Assembly (NCBI RefSeq): GCF_004010195.1
Contig: NC_057718.1
Span: 51,964,373-52,028,372 of the forward strand
Length of the DNA stretch: 64,000 bases
Direction: 5' to 3'
Source: Chiloscyllium plagiosum
Lineage: Eukaryota
Shown here in pieces: positions 26,740 to 40,500 of this stretch. The notes beneath the pieces were generated by a model. The model was not told where the DNA came from. It did no database searches and saw nothing but the letters and a program-made list of their open reading frames with translations. Made by a program: the position numbers and the translations under genes. The stretch's first letter is position 1; each line of letters begins with the position of its first letter.

Positions 26740-27480
26740 ATTCATAATGCCATTTCCTCCAGATCTGTAGTGCCATTGCACACTAAAATGTCCCAAGATA
26801 TTGTCTCGTTTGCTGGGGCAGGACTTACACACTGAAAGGATGGGTTGCCATCTTATCCCAGTGATTGGGATATCTCAGTCCTCAACCCACAAATGTATCA
26901 AGACTATTACTGATGCAATTTGTGCCAGATCATGCCATTTCATTTTGTATCTCTGTGACAAGGTCAGTGTTACAGCTTGGACAATAGGCTTCGCCAACTG
27001 GAATCCCAATTGTACAGGACACCATATATGGTACACCTGTTGCACTGAGAATGCCATATATAGCATTCTCAATTCACTATTAGAAAGGGTTGTAATTCCG
27101 TAAATGTAAGTCCACATGTGGTAACTGGCACCAACTCTCAAAGGTCTATGTTAAATAAGCTGCCTTGATGCCCATGCCCTTAACAGCTCTTATGCTTCTG
27201 CTTGATTTTAAGGACCAAATGCCTTCCAAGAATGGTTGCCAGGAGACAATAACTATCTTCTGCAACCAAGGTTGATGACTCTATTGCACAACCCCATCAC
27301 TGAGGGCAGACATAGATACAGTGCAGCTCATTCATCCACCAGTGCAATCTTGAAGCAGACCACAGGTCTCCTGAAGATTAGCTTCTGATGCCTGGATCAG
27401 TCTGAGGGAGGCCATGCAGTACACTGCAGCCAGATAATCATAGCATGCTGTGCTCTGCACCACTGAAGCGGACCAAGCGC
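26740..27480 (+). pseudogene. Fossil PIF/Harbinger DDE transposase (HARBI1-like)
   Basis: Collinear decayed motifs GISQSSTHKCIKTITDAICAR, TGIPIVQDTIYGTPVALRMP (GFPxVxGAIDGTH), FTIRKGCNSVNV (NRKGxHSxNVQ), LKQTTGLLKISF*CLDQS and IIIACCALH; frameshifts and stops. Confidence 0.85.
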
Positions 27481-27635
27481 AGTTGTGATGGACACAGAAG
27501 GGCCAAGAGAGTGGCAACAGTTGTTTGATAAAAAGAATGAAGACGTTGATCACAACACCTTCAGCATGTTGGAGTGGTGAAACATTGACTTCAACATGCA
27601 AGACACACCTTCCTTAAAACCTGGTTCCAATAGAT

Positions 27636-27858
27636 GTGAAACAAAAATAGAAATTGCAGGGGAAACCCTGCAAGTCTGGCAGCACCTGTGAAGAAAAACA
27701 AGTTAATATTTTAAGTCCTATGACCTTACTTTAGAACAAATCACCAGAGTTGATATATTAACACTGCTTTCTCTCCACAGATGTTGCCAGACCTGCTGAG
27801 TTTCTTCAGCAATTTCTGTTTTTGTTTTAGATTTGTAGCATTTGCAGTTCTTTACTTT
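27636..27858. mobile_element. Penelope-like element, family C, two inverted arms
   Basis: AAACAAAAATAGAAATTGC...AGTCTGGCAGCACCTGTG is inverted relative to CACAGATGTTGCCAGACCTG...GCAATTTCTGTTTTTGTTT. Confidence 0.7.
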
Positions 27859-30800
27859 ATTCCAACAGATATCAGTTGGATGAGGTCATTATTTATTGAC
27901 AGTATGTGTCACTCAGAAGGCAAGCAGCCCATTTTTATTTCCAGAAGCAAATGCTTACTTTTTCATTTCCTTTTTACCTTACTTCTCCCAAAAGTTAACA
28001 TTATCAGCTGTTTGAAGACTTTTCAATATGCGATGTTCATACGTTGACCAATGTCAAGATGATGTATGACACTGGCCAACAGGAAAATAGTAGCATTCTT
28101 TCAGCTAAGATGCTAACATTATGATGCTAAGGGCAGCCTACTTAGAAGCCTGATTCTTTCAGCTGCAGTGGCTATGATGGTCTATGATTTAAGGAAGTAA
28201 TATCTCTATGATTACAAGAATCTATTTCCAATTAGGTATCACCCTACCACCTATGAGCTGTCAAATCTTTTCCATTCTTGGTTCCTCTCCCACTACAAGG
28301 GCAATTCATGGCTGGCAATATTTAATCTCGTACACAGTTGGCTTTAAAAATAGCACCAACAGCACAAATTGTGGATGGTCCTAGCCCCAGTGAGTACTTA
28401 TGCTGCTACTGAGTGTACAATACATGAGTGCAGTGCACAGGGATTTGCTGCATATATAAATAAGGTGACAGTTGTGAGAATTGTGTGAGAACTCCTAGAT
28501 AGCACAGACAGAAATCCTCCATAAAATTGACAATTAGCAGATTTTTAGCAAAGTTCAGCCCTTTTGGATTGAAAAAAAAACATTAAACTTCTACAATTGA
28601 GTCAGAAATCAACTTGATGCCTATAATTGATTTTGGGAATTTCCAATACTAATTCAAATAGAACAATCACAACAAATGTTTTGGAGAAAAAAGCTTTAAA
28701 TACAATTAAAGGTATGAAAGACTTGCATTTTTCTGAGTACAAATACAATACTGTCAGTGTTGCTTTAAAGAGGTTGAATTGTTAGCAAAAAGGTTCAAAG
28801 CAATGACATATTTCAATCTATTGTATAGACAGCCCCTGCCCAGCACCTAATCTTCCTCTTCAAAAAAACCATAACCATACAGCTTTGTCTACTTCAACAT
28901 CCTGTCCTTAGCCCATCATTCATGACTGCTTTCTGTTCAGTGGTGTAGAGACCCTGAAAGTATTTTTCAGTAGAAGATTAATCCATCCCATTGTGTGCAT
29001 AAATGTCAAGAGATGTAAAAATAATATATATTGCCACTGAAAATATGATTGGAGTTGCTACTGCAAAAAATAACTTCTGTTCTTTTTGTCAAAATAGACT
29101 ATGTTACAACTATGATGAAAAAAGACCCCATTCTTTGTGGAAGCTGTAGATAATGCAACCATTATAAAATTGTTCTGTGTGAATAATTTTCATTGTACTC
29201 CTCAGACAGAAGAAAATAATGAGCATATCAAGCACTAAGCTAAATAAGACACTTGTGCTAGAGCATCAGAAATAATTGATTCCAGAGCCACATAAACTGT
29301 TCTACTTCAGATCAAATGAACAACATCCTTCTACAAGGTACATGTTAATACTGTCTTTAAAGTATACTACTTAATCACTGGTGAGGTATTGGATGTATTT
29401 CACATCTGAACAAAGTAATGATGTAGATTAAGTGCAGGACACTGTCTGTCTCACAGGAACTAATTTGCAATTTTTTTTAAGTGACTGGCACATTTGCTTT
29501 ATTGCCTAGAAAGCGTAGGGATTTGTTTTAATGATTTGAAGTAAGAAACTAGGAGGAAAGAAGTCTCCTTTAATACAAACAGAAGGAGCTATGAAATGTT
29601 TGGTATCTAAAATGATGCAAATCAGTCAGTCGAGTAGCAAGAGTGACAAGTAGAGATAGAATTGCAGAACATAGAAAAAGGATGAGAATAATTATAACAA
29701 AACCGCTGCAGTGGGAAAGCAAGGTGAATGAACTGGCCAGCACATTTTACTCACTGTGTTCAGTGACAGGTTGTCACTGCAAACAGGAGCAGCTCTCTCT
29801 TGACTTATCTCAAGTCAAAATAACCTGAATGGGAATGTAAAATCTCCTCTGGAATATGCATCAGAGATACCAAGCAGCTTTCTATAGCAAAATGAAAAAT
29901 AGATTCACTTTTAAAACGCTAATTTTTGATTACACCAGCAAACACATTTCTACTAGATTTCAATTTAATTTGGTCCACTGATTGAATGAATTTACAAGAA
30001 ATATGCTCACTTCACGTATATTACTGGGATTTTCGCCTTTTTCATTTAAGTGTGGGGGGGTGTGGTGTCTTCAAGAGTGAAAAAGATTGCTGGACCATGG
30101 GCCAATCAGGCACTGAAATGACGAGTCAACTGGTTTCTTAGCCATTCAGTTCCCAGGACAGTGATGCCCTGCCTCATGTGAAGCTGACAGCCAAATCAGA
30201 GGTTAACAACCACAGAAGGAGCAAAGACACTTTGGAAGGTCAGGCTGCACAGCAGCACTGAAACCTGCATCAGCGGGTGGATAAGGGGGGAGTTTTTTGG
30301 GGTATCATGGAGTATGGAACATGTGATTTGGGTGGTCAGAGCGTTCGAAAGCAAGGTCAGGGCTCTAGGTTTCATTGGTGCTCTTACCCCCACATCCATG
30401 CCCCTGATTACTCCCAAATTGGGGCAAAGCAAAACCCACAGTCCCAACTCACCAAAACACCCAGGCAGCATTCAAATAGGGTTCCACTTTACTTATCTAA
30501 TGAGAACAGTTAATCAGGCTGGTAGAGTGTCGAACCCCTCAATAATGCTGTTAATTGATCGCTTCTGAACCTTGATTGCCAGTATGTTATGAAGTTGACT
30601 ATATGCCTTCCATGGAACTTAATTCTTGAGGTGGTATCTCTCTGTTGTCAAAAGTCCAATTATTTGCCCTTCCTACTATTTTCCCCTCCAAGGGAAAATT
30701 CCTCCCAAAGGGTGATCTTTTACGTTCAATGCAATTTAACAGAATAGAGTGTCCCCTTCATGCAGTACCATGCTGATTGTTAACATTGGCAAGAGCACAG

Positions 30801-31349
30801 AGATGGAACAATTTCAGTGCTCGTTTGTATGTATGTGGAGTGGTGGAAATTTAAATTTTCAACAATAAAATGTCAAGTTGTTTATTATCAATAACTATGC
30901 CTGCAAAATAATGCAAAAAATTGCATTTCACCACAGGTATTAATTTTCATTTCATTTTTGGTGAGACTTTTTTCCAATTTCATTCTAACTGAGTTAAAAG
31001 GATGCTATTAATACATTGTATGAGGTTGTCTATATGCAAATAAAGATTCCTCTCATAACTTTTTAAAAATTGTACTGTTGGATATCTCATAAAGTATTTC
31101 ATTGTGATTTGGAGCACCTATTATTTCATATCACGCCATTGAATATACTGTCAAAGCTGCTAATTGCTTAACTACCACTATGATTTTATTATAAAATCAT
31201 GTGAGATTCCTGCCATTAAGTTTTTTGCTTGAGGTTGTACACATTTGGTTATGTTTATTGCAAATTATAAGTTAGAGTCTCCTCATTAAGCAACATATCA
31301 ATTTTCTTTATTTTGAAACTTGATCATACCTTGGTCCTCTGTATTTTAC

Positions 31350-31685
31350 AAATTTTTGCATCCCTGTAACCTTCTGAGATTTCTGTGCTGCTCCAATGCT
31401 AGCCTCTTGAGCATCCCAATGTTAAGTACTTCACAGATGTGTTTTTAACGTTAAGACCCCAGACTCTGAAATTTTCTCCTTACATATTTCCATCTCTCTT
31501 TATTCTTTTGAGACACTCTTTAAAACCTAATAATCTTATCAAGCGTTATGGGTCCCATTGATCTCCTAATGTGACTTATTGTCAATTTCCTTTTCGACGA
31601 AGTGCCTTGGGATATTTTAATGTACTAAGACTTATAATATAAGGTGTAATATAAAAGACTTACTGTTATTTTTAAAAGTTGTTGT
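31350..31685 (+). mobile_element. L2 LINE 3' fragment
   Basis: CTTCTGAGATTTCTGTGCTGCTCCAATGCTAGCCTCTTGAGCATCCC (LRSSNSGLL-like), TTTAAAACCTA (FKTxL), tail GAAGTGCCTTGGGATATTT...GTTGTTGTT. Confidence 0.6.
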
Positions 31686-31774
31686 TTGTAAAAGTGCTGG
31701 AATGGCTTTCTGAGGGAGAAAAAGATTGGTATTCATAAATGTGGTCTAAATATGTTTAACTTTGAGGGTGTTTG

Positions 31775-32035
31775 TACTAAGAACAGCAAACTATATTTAT
31801 GGCACATAATATAATGTCCCATGGTACTTTACAGCACCATTGTGTCATAAAGTTTGAAATCAAGCTACGTAAGGAGATATCAGGATACACAACAAAAGGT
31901 TTTGTCAATAAGTAAGGAGGGTCTTAAAGAGGGAATTTGAGAGACAGAAACATCAGGAGGGAATTCCAAAAGTTAGGGCCTAGTTAATTGAAGGGGACGT
32001 CAATTGGGTTAGATGGCTAAATTGGATATGTTCAG
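31775..32035 (-). mobile_element. L2 LINE 3' fragment (resumes at ~32670-32810)
   Basis: AACAGCAAACTATATTTATGGCAC...AAGGAGATATCAGGA...GGAGGGAATTCCA matches 60920-61200. Confidence 0.55.
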
Positions 32036-32480
32036 CTGGCCAGCACCTGTGCAGTGTACTGTACTCTGTTGCAGGGTTTTCCAGTGTTTTGTCAGTGTTT
32101 GTCATGGAAAACCATTCCCACTATCTGCTGTCTCCGTGAATACTGAGTTCCTTCGACTTGTACCCCAAATAGCCTCTGGCCTGCTTTTCAAGCTTTTCTC
32201 ATACTTTTGTGATCAGACTGTCGAGCTGTCCTTATTATTTACTTGCAGCATTATGCTGTTGCTGTACTCCAGTTCTGTGGGCCTGATCACCATTGCTTTA
32301 CATGTTGTAAGATCAGGTCTACACACAAGTGAGTGAACATTAGCAGCCTTTATTGAGCGTAAGTATGCACAGCCTGTGTACAAGTACATACAAAGAAGAA
32401 CCTGATCCTGCAGAAGATTTCACTGAAATCCTGCAGGCTCAGGTTCTTGTTTCACATGAGATGATGTCACTATTGCATCG

Positions 32481-32608
32481 TTCCTGACGAAGAGCTTATG
32501 CCCGAAACGTCGATTCTCCTGCTCCTTGGATGCTGCCTGACCTGCTGCGCTTTTCCAGCAACACATTTTTTAGCTCTGATCTCCAGCATCTGCAATTTTC
32601 ACTTTCTC
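32481..32608 (+). mobile_element. Short Penelope-like element, family A
   Basis: Complete family A unit; near-TSD CATCGTTCCT (32476-32485) and CATAGTTCCT (32608-32617). Confidence 0.85.
32482..32513 (+). ncRNA. Minimal type I hammerhead ribozyme motif (PLE family A)
   Basis: TC CTGACGA A GAGC TTAT GCCC GAAA CGTC GA: complete catalytic core, helix II with one A-C mismatch, palindromic ACGU helix III, predicted cleavage after GUC. Confidence 0.6.
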
Positions 32609-33996
32609 ATAGTTCCTTAAGTAAATGCTCAATAGCTACTTTAGTGTATCATTAACATTTTGCTTAACACCAGCCAGGAGTACAATTGAATAATCAAATC
32701 CAGAGGTGACAAAGGAATGGATGAGATTTTCAGCAGGGACAAAGAAATCTATGGAAAATGCTTGGATAGGTGGTGTTACAGAGATGGAAATTGTTAATCT
32801 TAATGTTGCTGTGACAGATTTTTACTTGTGTCCTGAATGTGTAGAGGAGAAGAAAAATGGCCAGAACCAAGGAGCTGGACATAAGCAGTGGACTCTGTCC
32901 ATCAGAGGAGAGATGATGGTCATTAGACAAGTGGAAAGTACGGACATAAGGAAAGGCCACAATTTGGGAATCAGATAGCAAGATAAAAATTGGCATGTAG
33001 TGTATAATGTGTAGGTTACAGTGCAACAAATGGAAGCTTAGCTGATGCATTCCGCCGCAAACAAAGACTGTATGTTGTGTGACAGGTTCTCAGTAGACGG
33101 TGTGCCCTCTGTCGGAATTTTTTTTAACAATTGAATGGCTTGTCAAATCACTTCATTAAGAATCAAACACCTTTTGGAATTTGGGTAGCAGATGCACAAA
33201 ACCGATGGTTTTCAACAACAATATTTAACATTGTTAACATGTTATTGAGGCCCAACATTGCTTGTGAGTAAACAGAAAGAGGCAACGTTGCTAATTTTAT
33301 GTCACCTAAAAAACATGTTTTTTTTTAAATCATTTCCCAGGTCCTTAAATGGCTAATTCTGAAATTGACCACTATCTGGGCTTCCTGTGTGCGCATTGTG
33401 GATGGGTGCTCCTGGTAATATAAAATTTAGCACTACTATTCTCTCCATAACATGCAAAACCTTCACTGCAGCATTGCAACATTTCAGATCCTGCTGTCTG
33501 TAATTTTGTGTCAATATTGGGCCTTTCTCAGGTCAGAGCTAGTTGTAATGCCTCATAGCATTTGCTGCAGCCACAATGCATCAACGCTTTAAAAAGTACA
33601 GCCTCGCTTTGCATAGTTCAGGGAAGCTTAACTCATGCTAGCTTTTCACAATTTTGTACTTCCTGGTCAAGTGTGCAGGGATTCAACCCTAACATGAAGC
33701 AAACAGTACAATCATTTAAACTAGCATGTAACATGAATAAACATGTTGACTGCATTAAAAGTATCAGATGTGGGTAAATCCGACATCATGATTCCACACT
33801 TACATTTTCAGCCCTGTCCAATTTTATGGGCAATATTTTTACACATATGGTGTCAAATTTGCAGTATTGCTCAAGGTATGGATTAAATAAGGACGGGCTA
33901 GATAGTATAATGCGCGTTCTTGTAATAATGTATGATTTCTTAATTATGGAAATATATTAAATTATAAAACAAAATTATATGTTTTTTTTAAACTGT

Positions 33997-34308
33997 AGAT
34001 TAGATTCCATACACTATGGAAACAGGCCCTTCAGGCCAACAAGTCCACACTGACCTCCAAAGAGTAACCCACCCAGACACGTTTCCCCTGACTCATGCAC
34101 CTAACACTAAGGGCCATTTAGCATGGTCAATTCACCTGATCTGCACATCTTTGGATGATGGGAGGAAACCGGAGCACCCAGAGGAAACAGACGCAGACAC
34201 AGGGAGAATGTGCAAGCTCCACACAGACAGTCGTCCAAGGTGGGAAAAGAACCCAGGTCTCTGGTGCTGTGAGGCAGCAGTGCTAACCACTGAGCCACCT
34301 CGTCACCC
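33997..34308 (-). mobile_element. Full-length HE1-type V-SINE
   Basis: Minus strand GGGTGACGAGGTGGCTCAGTGGTTAGCACTGCTGCCTCACAGC through the tail GGAATCTAATCTA. Confidence 0.92.
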
Positions 34309-37008
34309 AATGGCAGTTGAAACAAAATTGATGAAACCATATAAAAGGCAAGTTTTAATTAATTGGAGAATTTTACAAAGTAAAAGCATGCTCAAATAAT
34401 TCATGTAACATAAATTCAGAAAAGTGCAGAGAACATTTCCAGTTATACAAGAAAGTTGTCAATGGAAGGATGATGAGGAGTGAGCTATCAAGATCTTCAG
34501 GGTACAACTTCATTGCTTAAAAGAGTGGGACAAGAATTTGCCAGCATGTTTTCTCTCTCAAGTTTATTTGTGCTTGCAAAATGTTACTGATGCAGCCTAG
34601 AAAATTGAGCATGCTGCAAATGCTGAGACTACAGATAAATGGCTAAGATGATTATTAGCCCTTGGGAATATGCATCAAATCTAAAACCAGCATTTTGGGA
34701 CTGAATCTTTCAAAGAAAAAGGAATGATGTGGTTGAAAGATATAAAAGGCAACTCAATGATTAAGTTCAAATAGAATTTTATAGAAATAAAAATGACGTT
34801 TTACGAATGAGATCAGTAGCTTGAGTCAGGTAAGTTCCTTATTCAGTGCACTTGCCTCCTCAAAAGGTGGTTTTCAGCAACTTGGATATAGGGAAGTCTG
34901 AAAATGCTCTGAGACTTTGACCCAACTCTTTTGTCAAACGTTAGGTCCTCAAGCCCTCATATCCCATCAAACACCCCCCCAAAAAAAAATCCTCACACCA
35001 CACCCATACCAACTCATGCTGCAACATTTGCCAATGTTCCTCGTATCCTAGTTGTCAATTCATTGCAAGTTGAATTGCCTGGAGCTGCAAACGTTCCACA
35101 CAAAATCAGTGGACCATTTTGTAACAATGGAAATGCTTTAAACAACTCATAACCTAACATCTCTAGGTGCAACAAACTTATAAAAGAGTTTAACATTTCA
35201 ATGACAAAAATTGCAAGGACTTGACACCCGCTATTTTCTGTAAGTAAACATCTCACCAGTGATGAAATGGCTCACTGAAAAAAAATTTGCAAAGCTATTA
35301 ATCAGGCAATGTTTTTCCTCTTGTTTCGACAAAGAGGCAAGGTTCAGAGCCTAGATAAGCACTCCATTATTTTGCTGAAATAAATATCAGGATTAGGACA
35401 AATATCAGGACAGGATGACACACATGGGGGAGGTATGCTCAGTGGAGAGTGAATTGGATCTTGCCCCTGAGAGAGGTTATCAAAATTAACTACACCAACC
35501 CCCGATATAGATCACATACTCTAAAACTTGTATCACCTTCTGCTTTCCTGCTCCTTCATACTACTATTTCCACTTTATGCTCACCTCCATGCCTCCTTGC
35601 CTCCTTACACCCCTTTGTTACACCTAAATTCCTACCAATCCATTTGCCTATCTCACCAGTTCTTCTTTATCTAAGCCATCACCTTCCCTGTTTGTACAGT
35701 CTCCATGTCTCACCACACTCCTACTTCAGTGCTTTCGCACTTCATTCAAAAATTTCATGCCTGCTTCCTTCTCTTTCATGCTTGACTTGTTTTCCTTCAC
35801 CTATCTCCCATGCAGTATATATGTTCCTTTCCCTGCATCACACTCTCTCACATTTCTTTTTCAGCTTTTCTCACCTTCTTGATTTTTTGTCAACTCCCTT
35901 AAATCCTACATTGTCCCCTTTGTGTTCTCCTTATCACAAGCCAATTGATTCACTTCCACAGCAATGGCAGAATTGAATGCCTTTGCCCAAGTGAGTATGA
36001 ATGCAAAGCAGACGTTTAATCAGGGAGGACAGGAAGGACTGCACTCCCACTTCTTCCCTGATTTAAATTGAAATGGAAAGACTTATGGATGGCCTTCCCG
36101 CCCTACAGACAATTGAGGCCTTTAAATGAGCAATAAATGATTATTTAGGAGCCTCTTCCTATTTCCACAGATGTTCAACCACCATAGATCTGTGACCAAG
36201 TGGCCAACAGCCCAAGCCACTAGGCCCAACATGAAATTAGCTAAACAGTTTCCACAAGCATGGCCTGATGATATGCAAAGAGGCCAAGGTTACCATAGGT
36301 CAAAAGCAAACCAGGACAAGTCCCATCCTGTACTGAATGTGGAAAAGAGGTGGTGGACAATATTGTGGAAGAATCAATATAACCCAAAACTTGTTACTCA
36401 GCCAGAACAAGAGAAGGAGACATTATATTTGTCTCTTCCCTCGTTTCGACTAGACTCCCTGACACCAAGGAGTAATTATACTTTGGTAAAGAGATGGATA
36501 CACCAAGGATGATCTAATCTTATTGGGTGCTGTGACTCCTGTCCTGTGAACCCATTGGCTGAAAGCAGAGAACATTCCAGAAGGGCTCAGAAAGGCAGGG
36601 GGGCATCCGGCAGCCATTCCCTCAGAGTACAGTCAGCCGGTAAAGGTCTGTGCAAAACTAACCATCATACTATGAAAACCTTGACTGCATTCTTCAATGG
36701 AGTTCAGTGAATTATATCCAGCAACTCAATCAAATTCACCAAGAGCAGCTAGTAATTGTGCTTTTTCGGTGGTCAGCCTAGTTTGGGAAAAGTAACTTAA
36801 GATGTGAGAGTTTTTTATTAAACTTGTGAAGGTTTTAATAAAACTAAGTTTGAATTGCAGTCCTTTGTTTGTCTCATGCAGTCAGAGCACCTTGATGAAC
36901 GTGTTTTCTGAGTAATAACTTGGTCCAAGTGTCTGTATTGAATATTTCACATCAGGTATCAGCTCAGCCCTGGAAAGAAAATGATCACAAACTCTCATCT
37001 GATAATAA

Positions 37009-37596
37009 AGTCACAGAGTCACAGAGATGTACAGCACAGAAACAGACCTTTTGGTCCAATCTGTCCAGACTGATCAGATATCCTAAATTAATCTAGTCCC
37101 ATTTGCCAGCATTTGAATTTATCCCTCTAAACCCTTCCTATGCATATATCCATCCAGATGCCTTTTAAATGTATTGTACCAGCATCCACCACTTCCTCTG
37201 GCAGTTCATTCTATCCAAGCACTTGCCTCTGCGTGAAAAAGTTGCCCTTTAGATCCCTTTTAAACCCTTCCTCTCTCACCTTAAATCTATGCCTTCCAGT
37301 TTTGGACTCCCCTACCCTGGGGAAAAGATGGGGTCTATTCATCCTATCCATGCGCATCATGATTTTATAAACCTTGATCAGGTTACCCCTCATCCTCCAA
37401 TGCTCCACTGAAAATAGTCCCAGCTTATTCAACCTCTGCCTATTGCTCAAACCCTCCAATCCAGGCAACATCCTTGTAAATCTTTTTTGAATTCTTTCAA
37501 GTTTAACACCAGCTTTCCTATAGCAAGGAGGCCACAACTCAGCATAGCATTCCAAAAGTGGCCACACCAATGTCCTGTACAACCATAACATGACGT
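37009..37596 (-). mobile_element. CR1 (HER1-like) LINE 3' fragment
   Basis: ORF 37211-37591 LYRTLVWPLLECY..RIQKRFTRMLPGL..TGRHRFKV..FFTQR; tail (CTGTGACT)n. Confidence 0.92.
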
Positions 37597-40500
37597 ACCA
37601 AATCTTAATTCCTATAATTCCACCAAAATGTGGAGACGGGAACAGAAACAGCAGGCAGGTTTGTCAGAGGCTGTCAGTAAACTGGATTGAAGGATGGATG
37701 AGTCCACCCATATTGTCCATTCCAGATTGGCTTCAGAAGGTATGTGCCTGTCTGTCTCTGTGGAGAGGTTGTTGACTGATATGGAGACCCAGGTCCAGCA
37801 CATTGAACATCTGTTGGATGTGCACACGGATTCTGCACTCTCTTACCCCAGCAATAGATCCTCAGCACCAATAGCAATTCAACGAGAAACTTCAGCCTCA
37901 CACTACGTGTCCCTTCCTTTCAGGGAGAGAAGACGTACCAGCAGACATCTAAAGGCGGAGAAGCCACACACAGTGCCCCAGAAGTTTTTTTCTCTCTCAG
38001 ACATATTAAAAGGTGTCTGACCCAGCCCCGTCATATCATTCCTGTATATAATGCTGAAACTGCAGAAGTTCAACTCAAGGACAGTAATTGTACAAATGAG
38101 CTCGCCACTCTGGACCCCAACACTCAGAGTGATGCCTGCCCAAGTCCTGCAGTGGAACATGGCCAACTACAGAGTAGGCACCCTCTACCCCAGCTGCAGA
38201 AATCAGAAATGCACATAAATGCAATAGAAGGGAGAGGAAGAGAAAAACAATAACAAGGGCACATAGGTGTAATAGATGACACATCCTTGTAAGTTATCTT
38301 GCACTTTTGCAAGTACTCTTAAAATGTTTGCTCTAGTGTCTTTGCCATTGTCAGACCTATTTAAGTTATATCCACCTGAGAGATGAGCAGTTTCTTTTGA
38401 CATCTGAAGGATGAAAGAAGTTGTGATGGCCAGGCATTACTCATCTCTCTGATGCAGACAATTCCTTGATGACAGATACATCAGATGTCAGGAATCCTTA
38501 AACTGTGATGCTGATGACTGCAGCAAAGACATTGCTTGCATGTTAATGTGGGCAATGCTGGGGCTAACAGCAACATCCAGGAACTCTGCTTGGGCCTGCC
38601 CTGCACACATCTTCCACACTTACACCCACCTTATAAATGAGTGAATGGAATCAGTAATGATTTCGCACATCTCTGCAGGAAATATCTCTACAGATCTATG
38701 AAGACTGGGAAATGTTCAGTGATCAGATCACATGTCTACTTTCCTTCAAAGTATAATTCAACTGTACAAAACACAGACACTTTGCAGGTTCAATGCCAGA
38801 GAATGTTCAAGTATTCAGGTGAATTTAACTGTCTGTGCGATTTGAAACATTGAAGGGCAACTGATAACGGAAGAGTCAAAAGGAGATGCCTCAGGATTCC
38901 TCTCAAGCTGCTGCTATAATCAGAGATTTCACGGAACAACATTCGGATATAAAATGCTAACTGAAGCCTTGAAAGCAACCTAACTTTAGTGCTGTGCTAT
39001 CTTAGTGCACTGTCTCACTGACTGCTGCTTTTTTCCTAATGAACAATTAGGGAACTTCAGTTCGGTTCTTTTTGACTTCTCTTGTTCGTTGATGCTTTAT
39101 CATGTTCTCTTGAATGGCCCTCCTGTTTATTGTCCTGATCTTCATTTTCATCCTTAGAAGACTGCAGTTATTTCCCCCATTTTGTCTACTTTGTTGGCTC
39201 TAGTTGTGAAGGGCACAGCTTGCTACAATGATAGGGCGCAACCTTTCTGGGCTACATGGCAAGGTGTTGGCAAAGTAGATCAGACATCAAAATCTCATCT
39301 TAAGGAGGCCTCTGGTCTGTTTCACTATAGACCTGGTGGAAATACGGGCTGTGTTAATTTGTTTTGATTCCATCTGAGGGTTTTGTAATGGTAGCTCTCA
39401 TTTCCCAACAGCAATTTATATATGGCCGAGAAGTTTGGATGGAGGCAGAAATCTGAGTTTTTTTAATTAAGAATGCTTCATCCCAAAACTTCTAGTCCAG
39501 ACCTCCAAACTCTGGCATTGATGGTCACATGTGATGTGAACATTAATAAAAATAAAGCCTTTTCTATTGAAAATATTGCAGGTTGAAGACAAAGTGCTCT
39601 CAGAGCACTGGCCTATAGCACCCTGCATTTTTCCGCAGTGATGGCTTTCCAAAGAGGTTATTATCATGCCTCAGTAAGGAGTTCTGGGATTTATAACCTT
39701 TTCTGAATGCCTCTTGTAAAACCTAAATGTTCATGCTACATTGGGGGAGTGAAATTCTGGCAGCAAACAACTGTAATAGTAAACTCTTCCCCATAAAAGA
39801 CACCTTCACATATCACAGAGCATGTCCTTAGATATTTACAGTTCAATGTGCAATAATGAGATCTCCGAGGCATTGTTTTCCATTTGAAGGAATGGGATTT
39901 ATATTTATACCAAGAAATGCCAAGCCCAGGTCAATCTTTTAAGTTAGTGCCTGATTATATTTGCTTAACTGACATGACAAGAAATCAATTAGTGAGTGGA
40001 ATGCAAAGACTATGATTGTTTGACGCTATAATTTGTAATGTTCATTCTTAGACAATTAATAACCTACTACTGAAATGTAATTTAATACCAAATAGGTGGC
40101 ATTATCTGTGGTTACATCATTAAAGCAACTGTCCCTCACAGGGCCTCTGATTCAGACAATTTTACTCTGCCCCCACTGAAAACAACAGTAACTTCTCTTC
40201 CCACTCTACATCTGGTGCTGCCATTTTGTCGTCTTATAAAACAGCTGAGTTTGAATTGAGGATCGCACAGTTTCAGCTTCATCTCCTTGTGAGTGAATTA
40301 TAGGATGATCCTTCCATTCTTCACATGCCCTTCTGGTTTGCTGCCCTGTGACCCTACTGACCTTTCAGCCTCCGCAATTTCCAATCACCTCTTTGTATTA
40401 TTGTCAATGCCTCCAAATTTAACTGCATCCCACAATCCCCCAACCCCACCTCCTCCACCACTCCATAGGCCTGGGCTTTATGAACTTTCATGCTTTTGTT

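Larger units (their letters stand above)
32303..32669 (-). mobile_element. Probable LTR containing a nested PLE
   Basis: Minus strand starts TGTTAAGC, has AATAAA (TTTATT at 32349-32354 on +) and ends TTACAACA; possible internal sequence at ~32040-32300; lies inside an L2 fragment. Confidence 0.4.

Noticed and set aside
35449..35976. 175-aa ORF
   Set aside because: Low-complexity pyrimidine-rich tract that lacks stops for compositional reasons; no recognisable domain
36180..36950. LTR-like segment with AATAAA and a CA end
   Set aside because: No clear 5' boundary or TSD found
38400..38620. Possible second Harbinger transposase remnant on the minus strand
   Set aside because: Motifs too decayed to support by eye
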